From the NCBI GenBank assembly GCA_963791505.1, contig CAWBSV010000084.1:19081-83080 (forward strand): 64,000 nt of DNA, in the 5' to 3' direction. Both the position numbers and the translations under genes were made by a program. Below, one piece after another: positions 56,886 through 64,000 of the stretch. The stretch's first letter is position 1. Every line of letters begins with the position of its first letter. The notes below the pieces were generated by a model. It made no database searches. It worked only from the letters and a program-made list of their open reading frames with translations, and was not told where the DNA came from. Source of the DNA: an uncultured Acidobacteriaceae bacterium (lineage in GTDB: Bacteria; Acidobacteriota; Terriglobia; Terriglobales; Acidobacteriaceae).

Positions 56886-57524
56886 ATGCACTTCCTCTCC
56901 GATTTGGATGGGCCCACGATCCTGCTAACCGGGCTGAGTTTCGCTCTCGCCTCCCTGGTTCTTGCATTGTTGTGGGTCAGTTACGGGGGCAGGTGGGCTG
57001 GGGGCGGTGGAATCTTCGGGCTATTGTTGCTGCCGGTACTTTTCAGTGTCCCGCTTGCTTACGAAGCATACTGCCCGGATGCCGATCAGCCGCATATCCG
57101 CCACACAGGCACGCTGAATGCGTTTAAACCCTATCGATACCCCACCGGCAGGCATTCACACGCTTACGGGGTTCTGGAGTGTGTCGGTCCATGCGGCAAG
57201 GGCGTTCCGCTGATGGAGTTCAACCAGCAAGCGACGGCGTTGGTGAACAGGAAAGACTCTTCTCTTCCGTTAACCGTCACCTACCTGGGAAGGATCGAGA
57301 AGGCGGATCTTGACAACAATTACCAGATCACGGCGCATCCTGTGGTTGAAATCGATGACACTGCTTCGGGCGAACGCATTTTTTATGTGGACACTACCCG
57401 GCATTGGCCGCGGGTAATCTTCCTGTTGGCGGATGTCTTGATTTGCGTCGCCACAGCCGCCTACTGCCTGACGCACGTCGAATCCAATCGCTCAAAAAGC
57501 GATAGCTCGAGCGATCAGTCCTAG
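56886..57524 (+). CDS. Hypothetical membrane protein
   Basis: Two N-terminal TM segments and one C-terminal TM flank a ~110-aa soluble domain. No family recognised. Confidence 0.45.
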   Translation: MHFLSDLDGPTILLTGLSFALASLVLALLWVSYGGRWAGGGGIFGLLLLPVLFSVPLAYEAYCPDADQPHIRHTGTLNAFKPYRYPTGRHSHAYGVLECVGPCGKGVPLMEFNQQATALVNRKDSSLPLTVTYLGRIEKADLDNNYQITAHPVVEIDDTASGERIFYVDTTRHWPRVIFLLADVLICVATAAYCLTHVESNRSKSDSSSDQS

Positions 57525-57539
57525 CTGGATCAATGATTG

Positions 57540-58352
57540 CTACTCTGACAGGCAGGTATTCGCCAGCACGCCGAGCCCGAGAACGGAAACTTCCACGCGA
57601 TCCCCACTCGCCAGCGGCCCTACCCCCGCCGGTGTGCCCGTCAACAGCAAATCGCCCGGCTCCAGGGTGATCGCCGCCGTGATGTAGCGGAGCAACTCCG
57701 GGATCGCGAAGATGAAGTCGCGCGTCGACCCATGCTGCTTCAATTCGTCATTCACGGATGTCTCGATCGTCACACCTGCCTGCGGATCGACCTTGTCGCT
57801 GACAAGCGGACCGACCGGGCAGAAGGTGTCGAACCCTTTTGCACGGGTCCATTGTCCATCCTTTTTCTGCAGATCGCGCGCTGTGACATCGTTGGCCAAG
57901 GTGTACCCGCGGATGTAGGGGTGCCAATCTTCGTCGGTCTTGAGCTTGCTGGCCCGCCGTCCGATCACAACCGCCAGCTCGCCTTCAAAATCGACGCGCG
58001 CGCTCACCGCCGGCATGCGGATGACCCCTCCCGGAGCAAGCAATGATGATGGGGGCTTGAAGAAGAGTAGCGGCTCGGTTGGAACTTCGTTGCCGAGCTC
58101 TTTGGCATGATCGCGATAGTTGCGCCCGACGCAGATGATCTTCGAGGGCAGAACGGGCGCCAGCAATTGCGCGGCGCTCAGCTTGAGGGGCTGGAAACCA
58201 GCGTTGGATGCCGCGGCACGCTGATGCACCACGCGGCCGGCAAGGTCTTCTTCCGGCGCAGAGGTCAAAGAGACGATCCAAAGCTCACCATCGCGCACTT
58301 CCACGCTGCCATAGCGAGCGAGTCCATCGTGAACAAAGCGGCAATACTGCAT
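57540..58352 (-). CDS. Fumarylacetoacetate hydrolase (FAH) family protein
   Basis: 'KIICVGRNYRDHAKE', 'FEGELAVVIG', 'GYTLANDVTARD' and 'LLLTGTPAGVG'. Confidence 0.85.
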   Translation of the reverse strand: MQYCRFVHDGLARYGSVEVRDGELWIVSLTSAPEEDLAGRVVHQRAAASNAGFQPLKLSAAQLLAPVLPSKIICVGRNYRDHAKELGNEVPTEPLLFFKPPSSLLAPGGVIRMPAVSARVDFEGELAVVIGRRASKLKTDEDWHPYIRGYTLANDVTARDLQKKDGQWTRAKGFDTFCPVGPLVSDKVDPQAGVTIETSVNDELKQHGSTRDFIFAIPELLRYITAAITLEPGDLLLTGTPAGVGPLASGDRVEVSVLGLGVLANTCLSE

Positions 58353-58378
58353 TTGAATTTCTCCTCGTCTTCGGGGGG

Positions 58379-59500
58379 CTACGGTTCTGGCACGGTCTCT
58401 TCGGTTGGTTCAGAGCGTTCACTCTCGTGGCCGGTCTGATCGATGGCCGTTACAGCATATCGATACGTATGCCCGGCTTCGACATGCTCGTCGTGGAACC
58501 CAGGCCCGATCACGGGCTCAGCCGGCGAAATGCGCTGCCACGCGCCGTCGGCTTCGAGCCGGTACACGCGATACCCCGCCAAATCTGAATCCCCATCGAC
58601 CTGCCAGCTTAGATCAATCGCTGCCGCCTTTCCGTTTTCGGCAGCAGTTGCCACAGCGGCCAACCCGGTTGGCACGGCTGGAGGAAAAACATCGGTTGCC
58701 TCGACGCGAACTGCGGCAGACAGCGGCCCGGCAAGCTCAAGAGTCTCGCCGCCTGTCTTGACGCGAGCGACACGCTGTGCGTGGTACTCATAGGTCTGGC
58801 CGAAGCGAATGTCCTTGTCGAGTGCCTGTCCCGCTTGCGCATCCGCGACGACCAGATTCTGATCGACTGCCTCCGGCGGAGGCGCGGTCAGGTTGTCCTG
58901 AGCCTTCGCCTTGGGCGCCGGGGTCGTGAGCAGCTTGCGATGCAGCCGCATCACGGTCTCTTCTGTTCCCGGCGTCGCGTTTGCGGTCCAATGCAACGCG
59001 ACGCCAGCTTTGCGAATCTCGGCCGACAAGCCTGTCACCGGCGCTGGAGCCTCGCCCGCCAGAATCTCGGCGTCATTCGACAAACCCGCCGAGCGGCCTC
59101 TTCGATTCTTCAACTCGACAAAATACGTGAGAGGCCGGGGTGCGCCTGAAGCCAACGCAGCCGGCAGGGTTTCGGCAAACACTCCGTCGGCGCCGGGCCC
59201 AAGCGTTAGGACAGCGCCAGCCGTCACGCACGGGCCGCTGCCTTCTTTGCGGCACACGCGCGCCTGCACACTCTCCTTGATCAGAAGTTTGTCGGTATTT
59301 TTCTTGGGCATCGTCCAGGTCAGAGTCACCTGGTCGCCGGTTCGCTCTGCCGAGAGATCGGTCACCGGATCGGGCAGCTTGAGCGATGGCGCCTGGGGCG
59401 CGCCCGGCGTTCCGCATCCCGTCATCACGAGAGCTGCAGCCAGGCAACCAGTCATCGCCGCGCAAACTGTCGCCCGGCCGGCTCTCTGCGTGAGGGTCAT
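58379..59500 (-). CDS. Lipoprotein with fibronectin type III-like repeats
   Basis: Lipobox 'LVMTGCGT'. FN3-like beta-sandwich repeats end in 'GYRVYRLEADGAWQRIS...GHTYRYAVTAIDQTGHESE'. Confidence 0.6.
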   Translation of the reverse strand: MTLTQRAGRATVCAAMTGCLAAALVMTGCGTPGAPQAPSLKLPDPVTDLSAERTGDQVTLTWTMPKKNTDKLLIKESVQARVCRKEGSGPCVTAGAVLTLGPGADGVFAETLPAALASGAPRPLTYFVELKNRRGRSAGLSNDAEILAGEAPAPVTGLSAEIRKAGVALHWTANATPGTEETVMRLHRKLLTTPAPKAKAQDNLTAPPPEAVDQNLVVADAQAGQALDKDIRFGQTYEYHAQRVARVKTGGETLELAGPLSAAVRVEATDVFPPAVPTGLAAVATAAENGKAAAIDLSWQVDGDSDLAGYRVYRLEADGAWQRISPAEPVIGPGFHDEHVEAGHTYRYAVTAIDQTGHESERSEPTEETVPEP

Positions 59501-59625
59501 CGCCCTACCAGTCTATCGGAGCCGCGCAGGCATTCGGAGCCCACCGACTGGCCCCTTTGCCGTATGCTTTCCTACGACGCGTTCGGGGCCAGCGGAGCCT
59601 GTGCGCTGCCAGGGAGACAGCCGGG

Positions 59626-60843
59626 ATGATGCTGGTCAAGGTGCGGCTCGCCGCCATGATGTTCATGGAGTACTTCATCTGGGGGGCATGGTACGTCACC
59701 GTCGGCACGTGGCTCCTGCACACGCTTCATTTCTCGGGTGTGCAGGCGGGGCTTGTCGCGGGAACCACCGCAGTCGCCGCCATCGTCTCCCCCTTCATCG
59801 CGGGCTGGGTCGCCGACCGCTTCTTTGCCGCCCAGCATGTGCTTGCCGTCCTTCACGGCGCGGGCGCTGTTCTGCTCTACTTTGCTTCGCAGCAAACTGT
59901 CTTCACGCCGATTTACTGGATCGTGCTCGCCTACGCCTGCGTCTACATGCCGACTCTTGCGCTCACCAATACGCTTGCCTTTCGCCAGATGAAGGATCCC
60001 AAGAATGAATTCGGCTGGATTCGCGTCTGGGGCACCGCCGGCTGGATTGTCGCCGGCCTCCTGGTGGGCAGCCTGGGCATCGAAGCCACGGCCACTCCGC
60101 TCAGGTTTGCCGCAGGTTGCTCGCTGGCCCTGGCCCTCTACGCTCTCACGCTGCCGCACACGCCGCCGGTCAAGCAAGGCGAGTCCGCAGAGTTTAGTGT
60201 CAGCAAAATCGTTCCCCCCGAAGCCATCGCTCTTTTGAAGGACGGTTCATTCGCGGTCTTCGTTATCGCATCGTTTCTCATCTGCATCCCGCTCCAGTTC
60301 TACTATGCGTTTACAAATCCCTTTCTCAATGAAATCGGCATCGTGAACGCCGCAGGAAAAATGACCATGGGGCAAATGTCTGAGCTGCTCTGCATGCTCC
60401 TCATCCCCTGGTTCTTTCGCCGCCTCGGCGTCAAATACATGCTGATTGCCGGCATGAGTGCGTGGGCTATTCGCTATGTCTTTTTCGCGTTTGGGAATCC
60501 CGGCGCGAGCGTGTGGATGCTCTATGCGGGGATTATTCTTCATGGCATCTGCTACGACTTCTTCTTCGTCACCGGACAGATCTACGTCGACCGCAAAGCG
60601 CCCGCGGCTTACCGCGCCGCCGCGCAAGGCATGTTGACGATGATCACTTACGGCGCCGGCATGCTTGTAGGCTCATGGCTCTCAGGCCAGGTCGTCGACC
60701 ACTACGCCACCGTTGCTGCTGACGGAAGCGCAACTCATGCATGGCGGCCCATCTGGCTGATCTCCGCCAGCCTCTCCGCTGCAATCCTGCTTCTGTTCTG
60801 GCTTGCCTTCCACGATCGGGATGACAGCACGCGAGCCGCGTAA
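59626..60843 (+). CDS. MFS nucleoside:H+ symporter family transporter (NupG/XapB-like)
   Basis: The start is set at 'MMLVKVRLAAMMFMEYFIWGAWYVTVGTWL'. Twelve predicted TM segments. Confidence 0.7.
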   Translation: MMLVKVRLAAMMFMEYFIWGAWYVTVGTWLLHTLHFSGVQAGLVAGTTAVAAIVSPFIAGWVADRFFAAQHVLAVLHGAGAVLLYFASQQTVFTPIYWIVLAYACVYMPTLALTNTLAFRQMKDPKNEFGWIRVWGTAGWIVAGLLVGSLGIEATATPLRFAAGCSLALALYALTLPHTPPVKQGESAEFSVSKIVPPEAIALLKDGSFAVFVIASFLICIPLQFYYAFTNPFLNEIGIVNAAGKMTMGQMSELLCMLLIPWFFRRLGVKYMLIAGMSAWAIRYVFFAFGNPGASVWMLYAGIILHGICYDFFFVTGQIYVDRKAPAAYRAAAQGMLTMITYGAGMLVGSWLSGQVVDHYATVAADGSATHAWRPIWLISASLSAAILLLFWLAFHDRDDSTRAA

Positions 60844-60856
60844 AGGGGTGCTATCG

Positions 60857-62134
60857 CTACGGTGCCGCCTGCACGCGTTTCATCGACCGCAGCGCGATCA
60901 CCCCAAGCACGGCGATCACAAGGATCAAGGCAATCCACAGCAACGCGGGATGCCTCTCCGTAAAGGGTCGCGCGTCGGGCCGCGGCTCGTAGGAGGGATT
61001 GACTTGCTCCGGTCCTAGAGTCGCACGTGCCGCATCCGTTTGTTCTGCGAAAAGCAATGCGTAGTCATACCGCGGCTGCGGAAGTTCTGGATCTCCGTAC
61101 ATTAGCACGTAGGTTGCGCCTGCCACCGGCGCGAAGCAGAAGCCCCGCTCAAGCATCTCTAACCGGACTTGGTTTAGCTGAATCGGAGGGTCATCGCCGT
61201 TCTCAATCTGGATCGTCCAATCCGATTCAGTATTCAAGCCCAAATAGCTGCCGTAGGGAGGAACGATTGTCAGCCGCTCGTCATCGATGTGGTGCCCCAT
61301 CTCGAGGCGATGAACCCGCAGAATAGTCCCATTTTCAGTCATCGGCTGTTCTTTGCCCTGAGGCGAATTCGCTGTTGCAATCGAAGCACTAACCGAACGA
61401 CTGAAACTTGTCGGCTTCGCGCCAGCTTCAAACACAATTCGATCAACAGGCATGTGCGGCGGAACCTTGAACTCGATCTGCGTGACGTGATCTTTTTGTA
61501 TGAAAGAAGTCGATGCGCTGACAGTCACGTAGCGGGGCTGGAGTTGTGTAGTCGGCCGTTCAACACGCAGCCACGACACGCTTGCCGGCTCAATCGGTCC
61601 TGCGATGCTGAAGTGAAGGAAGCGGAAATTACTCCGCGGCAGATGGAGCACAGTGCTTCGTCCCAGCCTCTGACCCGTAAGATCGAAGATCGTAAAATCA
61701 CCGAGCTTGGTCTTATCATCCCCCATGCCCTGGCTCCCGGTAACCTCGACGGTTGCCTGGAAATCCTGGGCCGCAATCGTCAGATCGACATCGGCGTAGG
61801 CCCCATCCGGCATCTTCGCATCAAAAACCGTTCGCCCACCGCGTTTGCCAAGATTCAGTGGTTCGATGACCTGTGCATGCGCTTCATCATAAGCACGCAT
61901 GCCGCCCATTGGTGCGTAGGCGACTTCGCTCGCTGCGCTGGGCGCGTCGCGATAGATCCTTAGATCGGCAAGTCCAGTGGCATGTTCGAAGACCTTTGTA
62001 TCGAGCGCGAAGCAGTCCTGAGACGCTGTCGTACTCACATTCTGGATTGGCCGCTCATAGCGGAAGTAGCGCGCTTCTGGTGTCGCGACTGGAATCGCCG
62101 CGATTGCTGCGAGCAAAACTCCGCCAAGTTTCAT
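60857..62134 (-). CDS. DUF3999-like exported protein with a C-terminal TM anchor
   Basis: The start is set at ATG 62134 (ATGA overlap with the upstream stop). Signal 'MKLGGVLLAAIAAIPVA' and C-terminal 'ALLWIALILVIAVLGVIAL'. Family assignment is from memory of the DUF2339/DUF3999 pairing. Confidence 0.5.
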   Translation of the reverse strand: MKLGGVLLAAIAAIPVATPEARYFRYERPIQNVSTTASQDCFALDTKVFEHATGLADLRIYRDAPSAASEVAYAPMGGMRAYDEAHAQVIEPLNLGKRGGRTVFDAKMPDGAYADVDLTIAAQDFQATVEVTGSQGMGDDKTKLGDFTIFDLTGQRLGRSTVLHLPRSNFRFLHFSIAGPIEPASVSWLRVERPTTQLQPRYVTVSASTSFIQKDHVTQIEFKVPPHMPVDRIVFEAGAKPTSFSRSVSASIATANSPQGKEQPMTENGTILRVHRLEMGHHIDDERLTIVPPYGSYLGLNTESDWTIQIENGDDPPIQLNQVRLEMLERGFCFAPVAGATYVLMYGDPELPQPRYDYALLFAEQTDAARATLGPEQVNPSYEPRPDARPFTERHPALLWIALILVIAVLGVIALRSMKRVQAAP

Positions 62135-64000
62135 GCCGTATGATCCCGCGGACCGCGCAGGTTCAGCCAATCCCGCTGGTACACAAAACTGACGCCGAGC
62201 AGCAACACGCCGAGCCCCAGGAAACTAACGATCCGGAATCCCTGGCTGAGCTCGCTGATATCGATCAGGAATACCTTGCCGATGGTCACCGCAATCAGCA
62301 CAAGCGCCTGCCATCGCAAAAATGCAGATCGCCGCGCGAACCCAATGGCAAGCAAGCACGCGCCAAACGCCATGAACCACGCCGAGTAGGTGAATTGCGC
62401 ATACATCTTCAACCGCTCGAACTCGGGTCCATAGAGCAAGTAGGTCTGCATGCCCTGGTTCACCCTTTCGGGTCCGCTCCAACGTACATACCACCAATAA
62501 TGGTGGATCTCGATCGCGACCGCGAGCAGGGTGAGAAAGTTAATGACGAGAACGGAGACCGCCCCAATTCCAGGCCATTGCGCCGTCAGGGCTCCCTCTT
62601 CGCTGCTGATCGACTGATGCGAGAGCCACGCGACAAACGCGAATACGGCAATCGCCGCGCAATACGTCGCGAATCGCTGGTTGAAGAAGAGCGCAGTTGA
62701 CGCCGGTGGATCGACGACCAGCAGGGAACCCAGCCCAAGAACCAGGCAAAGCAAAGCCAATCCGCGCAGCAGGCTAGCACGCGCGCGACTCGCAACCCAC
62801 AACAGCGCCGCGCCCTCCACCAGCCATCCGATGGTCAGCCAGCGGCCATGCGTCTTGAGCGGGATGGCCATGGTCAGGAACACGACCGCGGCCGCCAGGT
62901 GCAGCGACGAAAGCACAGCCGGGCCCGTATGCAGCCTTCCCCGTTCCGGCAACCGGAGCAGCAGCAGATAAAATCCCGCGAACGCGACGGCCGTCCACGG
63001 TTCTGCCCAATCCAGATGCGTTGAATCGAGCATCGCGTAGAAGCCGAGAAAGCCGAAGATCGCGTTGGCTATGGGAAGAATCACCACGGCGAGCAGATCC
63101 CATCCGGCAACTTCTCCGTTGGTCAGCAGTCGAATCAGCCGCGGCGCGAACGCGAAGATCAGAAAGAACAGTGCCAGAAAAAAGCTCGTCCTGCCCATCT
63201 GAGCCTCGGTGTAAAAGGTCATTGCCCAGCCTACAAACAAGAACACCGTCCCAATAAATGCGCCGACCAGCAGCCTCGACCATGGCTTCAGGATCAACAG
63301 GATCAGCACCGCGATATCCAGAAGCAGCAGGTAGCTGAACAGCGTGACCTCGTGATTTTCGCCCGTCGACACCAGCAGCGGCGTGCTCAGCGCTCCCACA
63401 ATCGCATACAGCGCCAGCAGTTCGGCGTCCTGAATCCACGCCATGAATCCGTTGAAGCCGGTCACCGCGATCATTGCGACAAAAGCCACCGAGGCCGGGA
63501 TCAGTTGATACAGCGAGAACGCCGCCCACAGCGAGAGGTAGAGCGTACCGCTGCCGATCGCTTTGAGCGAGTAGGCAAACGCCGCGTATCCCTTGGCGCG
63601 AAAGCGTTCAGACCACGCCGTGATGGCCGCACCTGCTACGAGCCCAAGCAGAATGCGCCCCAGTGGTCCTATCCAATGATTGTCGATGGCGAACTTCAGG
63701 AACCATGCCATGCCAATCAGCACCGCGAGAATGCCGATGCGATTGAACCACTGTGAGCCGATGCGGCTTTCCAGAGAGCGCTGGTCCTCGAGCGAGACCG
63801 GCTTGGAAAAGGGGAACTGAGAGAGCGGGATCGATGCCGTCTGCTGAGGAATGGGAGCAGTTGGGGCCGGTGCGGCAGGAGTGTATGCAGTGGATGCCGG
63901 CGGAGCTTGCAGGGGCGCGAGCGCTTCTGCCTCTGGTTGCGCGGGAGTCGCCAGCGTCCGCTCAACCGCAATTCCATATTCCCGCAGAGCCTGTTCAAGC
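62131..64000 (-). CDS. DUF2339-like polytopic membrane protein (5' end beyond the window)
   Basis: More than 15 TM segments. The frame stays open upstream of the listed Met ('...LEDQRSLESRIGSQWFNRIGILAVLIGMAWFLKF') to position 64000, so the gene is partial here. Confidence 0.6.
   Translation of the reverse strand, partial: LEQALREYGIAVERTLATPAQPEAEALAPLQAPPASTAYTPAAPAPTAPIPQQTASIPLSQFPFSKPVSLEDQRSLESRIGSQWFNRIGILAVLIGMAWFLKFAIDNHWIGPLGRILLGLVAGAAITAWSERFRAKGYAAFAYSLKAIGSGTLYLSLWAAFSLYQLIPASVAFVAMIAVTGFNGFMAWIQDAELLALYAIVGALSTPLLVSTGENHEVTLFSYLLLLDIAVLILLILKPWSRLLVGAFIGTVFLFVGWAMTFYTEAQMGRTSFFLALFFLIFAFAPRLIRLLTNGEVAGWDLLAVVILPIANAIFGFLGFYAMLDSTHLDWAEPWTAVAFAGFYLLLLRLPERGRLHTGPAVLSSLHLAAAVVFLTMAIPLKTHGRWLTIGWLVEGAALLWVASRARASLLRGLALLCLVLGLGSLLVVDPPASTALFFNQRFATYCAAIAVFAFVAWLSHQSISSEEGALTAQWPGIGAVSVLVINFLTLLAVAIEIHHYWWYVRWSGPERVNQGMQTYLLYGPEFERLKMYAQFTYSAWFMAFGACLLAIGFARRSAFLRWQALVLIAVTIGKVFLIDISELSQGFRIVSFLGLGVLLLGVSFVYQRDWLNLRGPRDHTA

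Overview
High-GC (~60%) bacterial chromosomal window made of two different halves. Positions 1-39.2 kb are a dense exopolysaccharide (EPS) biosynthesis and export locus built around an exosortase/PEP-CTERM system. On the minus strand it encodes, in order, an EpsD-like PPIase lipoprotein, an OM beta-barrel, a Wza-like exporter, a Wzz-like co-polymerase, a BY-kinase-like ATPase, an exosortase and EpsI. The locus also holds one PEP-CTERM substrate gene, rmlA/C/D, a Wzy/O-antigen-ligase-like polymerase, five intact and one broken GT2 glycosyltransferases, and a fused Alg14-Alg13-like transferase. In addition there are several atypical transferase-like ORFs, three SAM methyltransferases plus a duplicated fragment of one, an acetyltransferase, a CE4 deacetylase and a secreted beta-helix enzyme. 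Positions 39.3-64 kb are ordinary core and accessory metabolism: egtD, a GH27 alpha-galactosidase, DinB, an alcohol dehydrogenase, prmC-prfA, a CocE/NonD peptidase, a CDF transporter, hslVU, transaldolase, FAH, a nucleoside permease and a DUF3999/DUF2339 pair. The junction between the halves is a 5'-truncated egtB, and codon usage looks different on the two sides. I recognised no rRNA, tRNA, CRISPR array, integrase, transposase or known defence system. Four genes are broken by frameshifts and two more survive only as truncated fragments; this is either real decay or indel errors in the assembly. The items most worth follow-up are: (1) the egtB breakpoint and the >39-kb EPS region; (2) a BY-kinase homologue lacking the Walker-A lysine and the Tyr tail; (3) a partial methyltransferase duplication bracketing a 1.1-kb insert; (4) two related ~80-nt perfect-arm palindromic elements flanking a VOC gene; (5) two tandem uncharacterised paralogues with conserved, structured leaders; (6) a block of orphan small membrane/secreted genes at 5.0-8.0 kb. 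All functional calls rest on by-eye motif recognition, since no searches could be run.
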